Assembly (NCBI RefSeq): GCF_036321535.1
Contig: NC_087447.1
Span: 35,218,001 to 35,282,000 of the forward strand
Reading direction: 5' to 3'
DNA from: Camelus dromedarius
Taxonomy: Eukaryota
Length of the DNA stretch: 64,000 nt
A model generated the notes under the pieces. It was not told the origin of the DNA, did no database searches, and saw only the letters and a program-made list of their open reading frames with translations. The position numbers and the translations under genes are program-made. The first letter of the stretch is position 1. Each line of letters opens with the position of its first letter. Shown in pieces: positions 1 to 16,670 of the stretch.

Positions 1-194
1 AGAATTATGGCAAATAGACTGTAGCATTAATAAATGTCTAGTTTTTAATCCTTTTATCTATTATACAGTATGATCTTTAACAAAGCTTTAGAAAACAAGT
101 TTTCTGATAGAGTAATCAAATGCAAATGCTAGTAAACTTTTGTTTAAATAATAATACATTTTCATGTTCTGTGTTAAAAATTGAGATCTATTAC

Positions 195-4469
<4,275 letters not shown>

Positions 4470-4700
4470 CTATAGGGGAAAAACATGCATTGTCACTGTG
4501 TCCTTTTAAAATTAACGCTTATTAACCAAAAGCTGTTCTGAAAAAGTTTATTTTGCTTCTTTTTGGGGTACTTGCCACTAAAAATTACAAGGGAAGACTA
4601 AAAGGAGGGTGGGAAGAAACCTAAAGATAGCGAAAGGAGAGGTGAAAGGCCTAATGCCAGGATCTGGTCTGGCTAGGATCATTGGTGTAAAGGTCCTCAC

Positions 4701-4763
4701 CTTGGCGTGGAAAAATAATACCGACGTTTGGGTGTAAGTATAGCCTCCTGAGGGCTCACCCAT
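4701..4763 (-). CDS. LDHA: LDHA alternative first exon, coding part (N-terminally extended isoform)
   Basis: aagATGg start, MGEPSGGYTYTQTSVLFFHAK, donor AAG|gtgagg; in frame with exon 2 (IPFRSKSK then MATLK); resembles the human long-isoform N-terminus as I recall it. Confidence 0.85.
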
Positions 4764-4879
4764 CTTCACTTAAATTAACTCCAAGTGGAGCTGGCCTTTC
4801 CTCAAACAAGATCCTGTGAGCCACCGGCCCAGCTCTACTCCAATCACTAGGACTCCTGCCAAGCCCTTTAAGAACCGCA

Positions 4880-5460
4880 GGTAGTTGCGTAATGTGCCTT
4901 TAACCGCCTCAGCGAACTGCCGGGAGGCAGGGGGGGCGTACTGTGAGCTCTGCTCCTGCGCAATCACTCGTTTTCCGCACCCTCTCCCAAACCCCCGCCC
5001 TCGGAGAAGGGGCGGAGATCAACTGCCCAGTCTGCAGGAGCCCGCGGGGGTTTTACGCCCCGCCCAGACCCGGAAGATTATCAGATGCCCCTCCCCCACT
5101 CACCTATCTAGCCACTAATCTTGCGCGCAAGCGTATTTCAGGAGCACTGGACGGAGACCAAAGTAGTAGCCGCTGGCTACCGAGAGGTGGGCCCTAACCT
5201 CTATAGCAAGGCAGATGCTTGAGAAGCCCCGCCTGTGAGCGGACTTGAATAGGAACTATCCTGCTCCCTGGGTCAGGGGCAGTGAGCTCAGCATCAGACT
5301 TTAGACTAAACTAGTGTTCCGAAGCACACGAGAACAACGTGAAGTCTGGCTGGCAGGGGCCTCCTCGGCCTGGCGCACGGCCAGAGCCAGATTTTAAATC
5401 GCCATACCAGGAACCGGGGACTGTTAACCAACGCGCAGGGAGGTGCCTTGTGTGGCTTCT
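4880..5460 (-). promoter_or_regulatory. Intronic CpG-rich alternative promoter of LDHA
   Basis: CpG-rich with several GC boxes (GGGCGGGGCGTAAAA on minus near 5051-5066) and palindrome CTTGCGCGCAAG at 5120-5131, just upstream of the alternative exon. Confidence 0.6.
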
Positions 5461-6724
5461 GCCATGGTCCTTGTTGCAAAGGCGTGAGGCCAAGTATGAG
5501 GAAATTTTGTTAGTACAGGAAGGGAAGCAATAGCTCAAGAGGCCTGCAGCCTGCAGCCCTAAAGTTAATAGATACATGGTGAGACCCTCGATTTCCAGAA
5601 TCGGGGAGGGGGTCTTTGACTTTCCTAATCCAACCCTGCTCTACATTCACTGGAGAGATTATTATAGATTGCATCCTGAAAGCACCACGTTTAATCCTGA
5701 CACCGCCCCAAAGAGCAAAAATATCCGAGAGGACTTCCAGGCAGGCAGCCCAGAGTCACCAAGCTGGAATCGAGTCTCTCTTTACAAATCACTGCTATTT
5801 CTAGACAGCCTTGCAAGGTTTCTGCATCCTGGCGGGGGAAGGGAGGAGTTCTTTCTGCAGACAGCTCCTGGCTTCGACAAAACCTAAGCCCTGGGCTCCA
5901 GAGCTCCCTTCAGTGTGGGGATATTGGGGTGGGGGAGCCCTGCATTTAAAGGGTCTACTCCCCCAACTCTGCTACCTACTCACTGTGACCTTAGAGATAC
6001 CCTAACCCTCTCCCAGCCTTAGGTTCCCCCATTTGTCGAAAGGAAGGGAATTAAACATCAAAAGGAGGGGGAGGTACCGGATGAGCCTATTCTCAAAATA
6101 CTGAGAGGCGGAAAGAGCTGGTGATACCCTTTCTGCTTCATCTTTGCATGCATCATGCCTAACATAGCGCCGGATGCTTAATAAATGTAATTTGCTCCAA
6201 GAACGTCCTATAATCTGCAGGCAGCCGCTGCCTCCAAGGAGCCCACCTCTTGAGAGTCTCAGGGTTAAAAGGCGACCCTAGCTGCACCCAGTGGCTTTCT
6301 GGCTTCCAGGAACCCGCCCCAGGTTACTGAGGCTTTCCCGGCTCCCTGGGCTCCAAGAACCGGACTTCGAGTTCGGTGAGGTTTGCCTGTTTCCATCCCG
6401 GAGATATGCCCTACCCTTCAGACCCGTAGTCTCCTCATACTTCTGTATTCAGCCGAGCCTTCGAACCCATATTGGGTGCGGCCAGTCCTTGGTTCCCCAG
6501 CCAGGCCAGAGGCCACCCTGCCCACTTAGAGCAAAAGCAGGGTGCGGCGGGCCCCGTACCCGCGTGTGGCGTGGGCCACCGCCCAGGTCTCAAGACTATG
6601 CCTCTGGGAAGCAGCGCCTACACCTCCCGGGAGCAGGGACCCCAGCGCGGGCAGCGCCGGGCCAGCGAAGCGCTGAGCAGTCGCTCTCCCCCTCCCGCGC
6701 AGTGCGCGCCGGGCCCGACCGTAC

Positions 6725-6805
6725 CGGGAGTGCACGTCGGGCGGGCGGGCGTCGGGGCGCGTGGCGTTGGATCCGGACTTGGCGGCAGCTGCTCCGGTAC
6801 TCGGA
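6725..6805 (-). other. LDHA: LDHA non-coding exon 1 (5' end approximate)
   Basis: Ends ...CCCGACGTGCACTCCCG|gtacgg, matching the LDHA 5' UTR; downstream of a TATA-like ATTTAAGG. Confidence 0.85.
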
Positions 6806-7000
6806 GCTGGGAGCGGGAGGGGCCTTAAATGGACCCGCGAGGCTGACGTCAAGGGGGAGCCGGGCGGACGTGCTAGAACCCACGTGTGGGTTGGGCTGGG
6901 GGCGGGCTCCGAGCCGGGCGGAGCACTGTAGAGGCTCCGGCGGCTTGCGCAGCCGGAGGACCCGCAGGCCGCCCGACCCACGTGCGCCGAGCCATTTACA
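6806..7000 (-). promoter_or_regulatory. LDHA core promoter / CpG island with CRE, HRE and E-boxes
   Basis: TATA-like element ~6823-6830, TGACGTCA 6844-6851, ACGTG 6868-6872, CACGTG 6881-6886 and 6979-6984, GC boxes. Confidence 0.9.
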
Positions 7001-8199
7001 GGGCTGCCCAGAGCCACGCTGCCTCCGGCCACAAAAGTCCAGGTCAGAGCCATCAGCTGGAGTCAGGCGGACCTTCAACTTCCTCTTCCGTAAAATGTGG
7101 AAGTTACTCTCAAAGAAGGCTCCATCTGAACTTTTGCTCCTGCTGACCAGTGCCCAGAACCACTTCTAGCACGTAATAGGCACTCGTCACATATTTGCTG
7201 AAGGAAAGAAAATGCCTAGCAGAGCGACAGTCTATTCTTACCTAAGTCGAGTGATCTCCAAAACTTAACCCTGCTTGTCCGCCTACTACTAAAACTTCCA
7301 AGTCCCACAACACAAAATAAAGCCTTAGCCTCTGGTCTGCACTCCCTACTGTCCCACGGGCCCAGCACCTCGTGTCCCAGCCACACCCGAGAACTGTCTG
7401 TCTGTTTTTAGCATATCATACTATTTTTACCTCCGGGCCTTTGCTCATGCTGGTTCCTGGCCGGCCTTCCTCCTCCATCTCTTTAAACTGTACCCCTCTT
7501 CTGGTACTGTCCCCACTCCCCCACCGCATACAGCCACAGAGTTGGTATGTCCCTCTTCTCTGCTTCCACCACACTAGTCTGTACATTCTTCAAACGGGTT
7601 TGCATTAGAGGTGTGTGTGGTTCTGCTCTTCTACCTTTTAAGGGCATCTACTTCCTCCCTGCACCTGGGGCACCAATTTAGCGCCCAGCCCTAAGAAAGA
7701 TCCCTAATCGTGGATTCCTTGCTTTTGAAGGGAAAACTCTAACCTCAGTTCGGGAAAAGCCAGCATCTCTCTAGCACATCCTAACAATTTTCCCATCACT
7801 CTACGAGGGAAACCTAGGCTCTCTTCCCAAACACAGAGCTGCAGCCCCTGAAGGCCAGCCACAGGTTCTCCGGTGTTCCTCAGGGCAGGGCAGATTGCAA
7901 CAGTGTCTGTGGTTCCTCAGTCTTTGTGACAATGTCCTCATTCAATCAGGGCTGGGCCCCCGTCTGCCTATCAAATGCAACCCTAGCTGCTGGGAGGACA
8001 GAGCATGGAGAACAGAAGTTAGTCTGGGGAGACAGGTAAGAACTCTCACCGGGAGGGCTCTAGGACGATCTTTGAAGATAGTCTAGGCAGAGACTTTGCT
8101 GTTTGCTAAATTAAGACACCTGACAACAGGTCACTCCAAGCATAGTTTCCCTCTTTTTATGCAGAACAGGGGTCTCAGTTTAACTGCACAATGTATGAA

Positions 8200-8410
8200 T
8201 AAAACGAGTACCATTTACTCAGCACCTCCTGTGTGTCAGGCAGCAAGCTAGGCAATCCTCATACTCATCTTCACTCTAATTCTTTGGAGTAGGCATCATT
8301 AGCCCCATTTTTTAGGTAAGAAGACTGAGGCTCAAACTTTTGCCAAGGTCATACAGCTAATAAGTGATTTCAGCTGGTACTTTAACCCAATGGCTCCATA
8401 GCCTGTGATT
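8200..8410 (-). mobile_element. MIR SINE fragment
   Basis: MIR core-like ccccattttttaggtaagaagactgaggctca...gccaaggtcatacagctaataagtg. Confidence 0.65.
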
Positions 8411-8544
8411 TTTTCCTCTATAGGATGTTGTCCCTCCCCCACTCCTTACTCCCCAACTCCACAAAACTCAAGAAATGAGATAGGGGGCCCAAGCCAGTCC
8501 CAGGCTCAGAAAGTTCAGTTTTCAGTGAGAGGCAATGGGTATCA

Positions 8545-8771
8545 GTGGGTGTCTGCCTGTCTGATGGGCTGAGACATCAGTCTCCGCATCCTCAGACTGG
8601 GACCTACACCACTGGCACTCCTGCTTCTCAGGCCTTTGGCTTGGACTGGAATTTATACTACCTGCTTTCCTGGGTCTCCAGCTTGCAGACAGCAGATCGT
8701 GGGACTTCTCAGCTTCTGGAATCTCATGAGCCAATTCTTTATAATAAATCTCATTTTATATATATATACAC

Positions 8772-8819
<48 letters not shown>

Positions 8820-8889
8820 GTGTGTATATATATATATATATTCTGTTTCTCTGAAGAACCCTCACTAACACAAAATCCTGACTAATACA
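8545..8889 (+). mobile_element. MLT2-like (ERVL) LTR 3' part containing a microsatellite
   Basis: cctgggtctccagcttgcagacagcagatcgtgggacttctcagc...ataataaatctc...ttctgtttctctgaagaaccc...ctaataca. Confidence 0.75.
8757..8840. repeat. Compound (TA)n/(TG)n/(TA)n/(CA)n/(TA)n microsatellite
   Basis: Directly visible; near-perfect palindrome. Confidence 0.95.
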
Positions 8890-9579
8890 GTCCAAAAGGA
8901 AGAATTTCTTTAGTAAAGTCAAAGCAGAGGGTGGGGCAGGAAACTGTTTCAGAAGGCAGAACAGACTTCTCAACCTGACTAAGTGGGGGTTTTTTGTGGG
9001 GGGAAGGGAGAGGGGATGGCCTCTTTAAGAGGGAAAATCTCACAAAGATGTAGCTTGACCAGGGGATAGGCTGGCCTCAGGGAATGGGTGCTACTCAGCA
9101 TCCAACATAAGATTTTCCTAAAGTGAACCTGGCCAAAGAGTGATGTCTACCCAAAAACACAGGGTCACCCCTCATTCAGTATTTATTACATTCTTCCTTA
9201 AAAACATGGTGGCTCTTCAGTCAATGGCCTTCAGAATAAAATTCTAATTCCTGGGAAAGGCACACTAGGCTTCACTATGATCCAGTGCCCACATCCTCTC
9301 TCTGGTCTTATCTCCTATTTTCCTTCATGCTTCCTATATTCCAGTCCCCAGGGTACTTACCACGTTCCCCAAATATGCCACGTACTTCCTGCTAGGCAAT
9401 GCCTTCAATTGAATGATCCCTCCTGCCACCATCCTTGTCCACCCAAACCCTACACCTTCACAGATCAAGTGTACTTCTTGGGCTTTATATTATTTCTTAT
9501 TGCTGCACCTCTTTCCCTCACTAGCCTGTAAGCTCCTACTGGACAGAAATGTTCTCATTCCTCTTCATATCACCAGCAC

Positions 9580-9960
9580 ATACATTTATTTGTTTAATAA
9601 ATGTATTTCGAATTACATGCCTGCTCTGTAAAAGGCAGCATTCTAGGTGATGGGGATACAAAAATGAATAAGACGAATTTATAACCCTTCAAAACTTAAC
9701 CATTTACTGGGGGAAACCAACAGCAGCATCTCCCACTAGAGTTAAAATGCAAAATAGAATGTAACATTGCCACAAAAGAGAGAGAAAAAATTGCTCTAGC
9801 ATTCAGAGGAGAGAGAAGTCCTTTGACCAGGGATACCAGTGAAGGCTTCCTGGAAGAGGTAACATCTGAGCTCAGCCTCAAATTGAAGGGACTTCAATTG
9901 GTGAAAATCAGGTGTTGTGAAAGCAGAGAACAAGTGCATGAAGGCAGGAAGTTCAAGGTG
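9580..9960. mobile_element. L2 fragment(s)
   Basis: tttaataaatgtatttcg...ggggatacaaaaatgaataagac...gaaggcttcctggaagaggtaacatctgagctcagcct. Confidence 0.55.
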
Positions 9961-10694
9961 TCTGGTGAATCTTTAGCTTTAAATGCCGGGCTAAGAAATT
10001 TAGGGTGTTTGGTTTTTTGGTTTTTGGTGGTCAGTGGAAGTCCCTGAAGTTTTGGGGAAATGGGAGAGATAGGGTGAAAGCAAGGTGGTTGAGAGCTGAT
10101 GATCGAGGGTCCTGAATAAGGACATTGTTGCAAATACACAATGGGAAGTTCAGAACATACGCAGCTCCAACCACATGCACAGAACACAGACTTCTCTGAC
10201 ACAACTTCCATGACCCCAGGGCCCCTCGGAACACTCACTGGCAGCCTGAGTCTATTTCAGCTTTTCCATGGTTACAAAGCTGATGACTTTCCTGAGTTGC
10301 AGGGCCCAAGATGCAGATGACCTCATCCTTCTCTGTCCCTGACAGGCCAGGGCCTGCTGTGTACATGCCAAAGCAGAGGCTCCTCTCTCTGGCCTGACAA
10401 CAGGTGCCTGTCCCTGGGAAACTGCTTCATGTCATCCCCCAACCCCATCCATCTCTTGAATGATGGGAGTGGGAGTTGAAGACTCCACCTCAACTCCTCA
10501 ACTTCTCCTGTGTGCCGTCTCTTCTGCTACCCTGATGCCTTCCCCCACTCATTATTTTCTCCTCCAACCTCCTCATCCTCAGACACTAGATGTTGCTTCT
10601 GTCTCCCTTTTTGGCTTGGACTGCCATTCTGTCCATAGTTCTTTCCTCACATGAGCCCCTAATAGAACCCCCCTCTGAAACTCTAGATTCCCTT

Positions 10695-11056
10695 TGTTAT
10701 ATACTGAATGTTTGTGTCCTCCCCAAATTCATATATTGAAACCTAATTCCTGATATAATAGTATTTAGAGGTGGAGCTCTTAGGAGGTGATTAGGTCATG
10801 AAAGTGGAGACTTCATGAAGAGGGTTAGTGCCCTTATAAAAGAGACCCAAGAGAGATCGTTTGTCCCTTGTGCCATGTGAAGACACAGCAAAAAAGATTG
10901 TCTTTCATGAATTTGGAAGTGGACCCTCACTAGACACCTGCCAGCACCTTACTCTTGGACTTCCCAGCCTCCAGAATTGTGAGAAATAAATTTCTAATGT
11001 TTATAAGTGGCCAGGTCTATGGTATTTTGTTGTAACGGACAGAAAGGACTAAGGCA
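10695..11056 (+). mobile_element. MLT1A-like (ERVL-MaLR) solo LTR
   Basis: TG...CA termini; tgttatatactgaatgtttgtgtcctccccaaattcatat...gcccttataaaagagacc...ggacttcccagcctccagaattgtgagaaataaatttc...ggactaaggca. Confidence 0.85.
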
Positions 11057-14000
11057 CTGTTCTAGCCACTTTCTACCCCAGGAAGGAGATAAGACCTGTG
11101 CCCTTTTCTCTCCATGCTCCCCTGGCAGGGAATTAAGCCTGAAGCTTCCCATCACATGATGAGTTCCAAGGCAAAGACTGTCACATTCAAGGGCCTGCAT
11201 CCACCTGTGGCAACAGAAAATCCATGTTTGGCATTCTCTTGTCCCCATATTAGTTCCAAACTGGGTCCAAAATTCCCCAGGCACTGGTGGATATTGGATT
11301 TGTTAATAAAAACAGTCTCACAGGGCTTTGAAAGTGAATCACTGATAACAGGAACCCACCTCTCTTTGATTCCTCTGTAGATGTTTTCAACCTTTAAACC
11401 TTACCAAATGGGGAATTACATTCCAAACCCTAGCTCGAAAAAGAAGAGTAATTTCCTCTAAAATTCCAAGAGGATCAAAGCAATTGAAAGTCTAAATATG
11501 GCCAGGGAAATTTCTTAGGAATTACCTGGGCTGGGTGTGGGAAAGGAGTGGAAGTCTTCTTAGCGGTACAGCTGCTGACTACAGGGCACCTCACTGAAAT
11601 CCAGGCCCCGGGTTTTTGTTTAAACTGAGGGACACAGGCATCCATCTAGCTACACTTCACAAAGCAGGTTCTACTGGAGAAGGAAGTCTTCCACTCTGTT
11701 ATTTGAGCGTGCTCAGAGGACCCTGACCTTAAAAGGTAGTCCCATCTCATTTTTCTATGTTACCAGAAGGGATCTGGTTTCACTGGGGAGACTGGGATTC
11801 TGTTAAGAGGAGCAAAAGAGAGCTCTTTTGAACCCAGGAGGGACCACAGGCTGCGGTGGGTGCAGACATGGAGAAGGCTTCCCTGCAGCTAGATAAAACT
11901 CATTGGGTTCTTCATCTGTGAGTAGCTCAGGGCAGCTTTCATGTCCTTTTCTCCTGGCATTTTCATCTCAACCAGGAGAGGAAAGCAGAACAGGAATTTT
12001 TATCTCTGTTTTGCTAGTGAGACTATCCAACCTCAAAAAATATAATTGATTCAAGCCTCATAGCCGGAAAGTAGCCAGGTGGATTTCAAACTCCTGGTCT
12101 AGGTTTCCTTCCCCTGCACCACTCTGCCCCTCTGCCTTTCCTGGGGTGCCTCACAGCCTGGAAAGTGGTTAGCCCTTTGCGCCCTGGATATTAAAGGGCA
12201 AATGTGATCCGTACTCCCCGAGGTCCCTCACCCAGGGCTGCAGGAATGTTCAGACAGCTCACTTGCCCACAGGGCTGCTTCTGGGCCTTATCTAATCAGC
12301 CTCCCCAACCCTGCTGCCCCGTTAGACTTGGATAGCCCACGTGTGTGCAGGGCCAAGTTCTGCCCTTTGTACAAACACACTTGCAGCGTCAGGCCCTCTC
12401 AAAGGGCGTTTTGACTTAGTTCATCCTCCAGTTTTAGCCACAGAACGGATGAACGCCGAGGAGAGGCCCTCACAGCCTTGGCCCTCCTTTACCCACTGAA
12501 TCAGAGGGAGACCAGCCCCTCACACCTTCCCCCCACCCGCACCCCTCCTTGCTCACACTGTAGGGCCTCCCAGCAGCCTGGCTGGCCTGCAGGGCAGACA
12601 ACATTGCACAGTGGGGAAGGAGAGCCTGGAGAAGGAAAGGGAAGTGCCCTTGACTGCCGTAGTGTGGTGGTGACTAAGGGACAGGAAGCTCCAGCTAGTC
12701 CAGCGCTTTCTCCTCTGCCCCAGACACCACAGCCTTCTCCACTAGCCTGGGCTCTTTCCTGGCACTGTGGGTGTGGCTCCACTTCTGGGGTTTTTCCACT
12801 GTACCAGAGCCTCTTCTGACAACCCTTTCTTGGGAATGGCAGCTTGGCAGAGAGCCCTGGCTCTGCAGGAGGCCACACCCCAGCCATTAAAGCTACAGGA
12901 CTGGCAGGAGGCCACTACAGCAGAGCACTGTTCTCACACAGCTCCCAGCCTCAGCCTCCTCTGCAGCCCCCTCGGCTGCAGGCTTGTGATGTCACAGGTT
13001 CTCCCCACAAGCTGAGCTAGTTCTCCAGCAACCAAATGTCTCCTCCTCATTTCCTAAGGAAGGCTGCCTGTCAACCACAGATGGGCACAGGCTGTGCCAA
13101 CATCTCCATGGTAACCAGGGGGCACAGCTTCCTGCCTTGGATGTCGATTCAGGACCAGCACCTTTGGGGGGCTCCCTTGCAGACCCCATTGTCTCTGACT
13201 TTCACTCCAAACCCATCATACCCGACTGTCATCCCCAGAACTTGGGAACAGCCTAGGGAGAAGCCCAGCTGGCTTGCCCCAGAAGACTTCAGACCCAGCT
13301 GGAGTTCTCTGAGAAGAGTCTTAAAATGGGGCAGGCTGGGAAGGCTCTCTTTTGGAATCCACCTTCTCCCTCCCACATGGAATTAATTTCTCAGGGCAGA
13401 CTGTGGGGCTCTGGTGATAAACCTTCTTCAGGATAATGGGTGAAAGTTGAAAATTTCACAGTATGTTAGTTGGCTTTAGACTTTGATCTCTCTGGCGGGG
13501 GGGGGGGGTGCAGGAGATAGTCTGCAATGGGTTAGGCAATAATCCCAGTTCCTTGCCACCCCCTACCCCACCACATGGCCCCTGGGAGCTTGCAGGCTCT
13601 TAACCAGGGGGGATCATTTATCAGTGTGGGGTCAAAGACTCCAGAGCAAGAGGTGGGGTAGGGTGGATACCCCAGGAGCAGAGATGGAGCTAACCTCACT
13701 GCCGCAATGTCAGGAACTAGGGAGGTCTCTTCAGAGAGATTCCGTTTACAGGAGAAAACCAAATCAGGATGCAAAGTGGAACTGCTCCTGGTCTGACCTG
13801 CTCCTTTTCTCAGCTCTCTGTACACATCTCCAGGAGAGAGCTTGAAATTCAACTGTGTGAATACTGTACCAGGCGAGAGTTCACTGCCTAGTCCCTGCTC
13901 CCCAGAGTATTCCCTCTCCTGTTTGACTTTCCCCAATCTCTGAGGGGAGTTCGGTTTTTGCTCAACTTGTTCCTTGGGCTTTTGTGATATAATATCTGGT

Positions 14001-14354
14001 TGGGGAAGACTTCATGTATATAGACCAGCAGTGGGGAGAATGATTTGGGTCTATAGGATGTTAATCGATATAATAAAGAGCAAGAGAAAATGTCTCAAGA
14101 AAATTTTGGAGGCATTGGAGGTGGGAGATTGGAAAAGAGATACCCTAACTTCTGTGGACTGATGAAAGGAGATTTGAGAGGAAAGGGAATTCTTGCTAAA
14201 TGCTGCTGCGGACATCACGTAATGTCCCTGCTTACTTTGCCGAAGGGCGAGCCTGAGGTTTGAGCTATTTTGAAATTACTTGTGATGGCTGAAGTGTGCT
14301 TCTTAGTCAGCGCTGGGAGACCAAACCTCATGGGTCCAGCCTTTGTGAGAATTG

Positions 14355-14590
14355 CAATAATAATCATCCCCACGTTTATTTAACATTTAATATGTAAGTA
14401 CCCCCAGCACTCCTACTAAACCACTTAAATGCATCATCTAATTTAATCTTCACAACTATCCTGTGGAGTAGGGAACATCATTACTCCTGTTTTTCAGAAA
14501 CAGGAACTGAGTCTTAAGGAGGTGAAATCACTTGCCCCAAGTCACATGGCCAGACATGCTGTAGCCAGGCTTCAAAGACGTGAACTCCAG
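14355..14590 (-). mobile_element. MIR SINE
   Basis: catcatctaatttaatcttcacaactatcctgtggagtagg...ggaactgagtcttaaggaggtgaaatcacttgcccc. Confidence 0.65.
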
Positions 14591-16670
14591 GTGGCATCTG
14601 GGCACGCTCCTTGTGTGGAGACCAGGCAGCTACTGCCCCTGATAGCAGGGACAATGGGGAATTTCTCTCAGGAAATTGCCAGGCCATGCTGAAGAGGGCT
14701 CTCTGTGGAAGCTGCAGCCTCTCATGGGTGTAACGAAGCAGAAAATCACCCAGGATGATGTGAGGCGTCCCTGCATACTGCTCCCTCACTGCTCTGAGCA
14801 GCAGGAATGCACCAGGGGCTGACGTGATCATCTGGGGGCAGCTCCTGTAAGCCTGTTTCTGTGCCGTTTTGTTAAGTCCTGGGGTGGAGGGGGATGGGGA
14901 AAAAAAAGCCCAGATTGACCCCATCTGCGGAGGGCCCTGTCCTTTTAGCTTTCTGTCCAGGCCTTTCAGAATACAGGACAGATGCTCTTCACATCCCCTA
15001 AGGGAAGAGGCGGGGCAGATGGCAGAGCCTCCATTGGCACTGCTTCATCTACTGGGCACCAGACTCATGGTCCTTCAGGAAGAGGGTCTCAGTGGGAAGG
15101 TCAGGATTGGGAGCCAGTCAGGTTCAAACCCTGACTTGGCTCCTTCTGCAAGTTCCTGGGCAAGTCGCTTTCTAAACCTTATGCAACTGTGATATAGGAC
15201 AAATAGTAGTACCCGCCTAATAGATCTACTGCAAACAAAATGACTTGGCACAGGGAAATGGCTCAATGAACCGTGTTCCTGTCTCAGGAAATGAGCTGAG
15301 ATGAGCTGAGAGGAGAGGTGAGTTTGTGGTCACTGGTCTGACTGTTTGTTTCATAACGAGTTCAGGGCATTCTTCTTGGCCCTGCATCTGGGCCTAGCCT
15401 GACCCTTTTTTCAGGTGAGGCTGTTCTAGAACCTGTGCATAATGCATGCCTTATACAACTTTTTTTTTTTCTTAATAAGAATGCCTTCTTACTTAGTACT
15501 ACAATTGGTTGTATATACAAGTCTCGGCTGGTCAGGGAAGGACTACAAGTTTCCTAGTTTTTATGGCATCTCCAACTTATAATGTCAAGCACATGGTTGT
15601 TTCTGGCCACCCTAAGCTGGCCACAGTACTTGGCTGTTGCTACACACTGGCTTGTCTCTGCCTTTTGCATGGATTCAGAAAGGCAGCCCCTGCCCACGAA
15701 GCCCTGGTTCCCTCAGTTTTGTTTTTCTCATAGTCTGGAAAGAGAGGCAGCCATGCAATGTCCAGACAGCAGCAGAGTGCGGCCCGTGTCTTCAGGGGAC
15801 AGGCCTGCTGGTGTCTTTCCCTCGATATGGCTCTTACCTTTGGCCTCACACTGCCCTGGGTTGACTCCTGGCTGTACCATTCACTATGAGAACTTGAGCA
15901 AGTTAGTTCACCTCGTGAAGCCTCTGTAGAATGGAGATAATACCGTTTTCATAGATTGTTGTGAGCTTTAAACATAAGGCTCCCAGCACCCAGTAGGTGC
16001 CCTAAATGTTAGCTCCTTTTCTGTCCCTGCGGGGCAATCTGGAATGTTGAACTGAAGATACTCCCTGGGAAGCTCTCAAGAGCCCCAATCTAAGATAAGG
16101 GACGGCCCCCAGGAGCTGGGAGAGACATTTGATACCACCTGCTTCCCCACCTGCATTGCCTCCTCTGAGCTGGGGCTATGTCAGGGGCAATTCTGAGACA
16201 GGTGAGCAGCCTCCCTGAACACTCCAGCTAACCGTCAATTACCCTCCCCTCCCATGCGCTTAGCCTGCCTCTCAGAGGAGCAAAGGTGCAAAGGAAGAGA
16301 GATCTCTGGGAGCAGGAATGCAGCTCTAGGAGGGAGGAGGTTTCCACAAGGTCTGCTTTGTTCTTCTAGTTCCCACATGCTGCAGACAGCCTCTTGCTAC
16401 TCAGAACGGCTAACTCCAACCAGGCCGGAAGCATTTCTACATTCATTCCACAAAAACAAACAATAAGAGGGCCGCACTGGGCAATCCTTAGTTTTTCCAT
16501 TCCAGCTGGGGGACCAGCAGGCAGGAGCAGAGCATGGGCCCCAGGGCTATTTTGGAAAGAATCGTGCTTCTTGAGCCTCCTTTCTGGATCATGCAGCGCT
16601 AGCTAGCTGCAACCCAGCAGGATGGGTGTTTTCCAAATTTCAGTCATTGTCACGATGTTTGCCATTCAAC

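Noticed and set aside
4770..4967. 65-aa GTG-start ORF upstream of the alternative LDHA ATG
   Set aside because: Ends in TAA before the ATG and has no ATG start; best read as 5' UTR.
6291..7169. 292-aa plus-strand ORF and overlapping 160-175-aa minus-strand ORFs
   Set aside because: They lie over the LDHA CpG island. The R/G/P/A-rich composition and lack of a recognisable domain are typical of stop-poor GC-rich DNA.
8545..8973. ORFs with YIYI/CVCV/THTH runs
   Set aside because: Translations of the microsatellite inside an LTR.
13497..13508. G12 homopolymer
   Set aside because: Isolated simple run with no supporting context.
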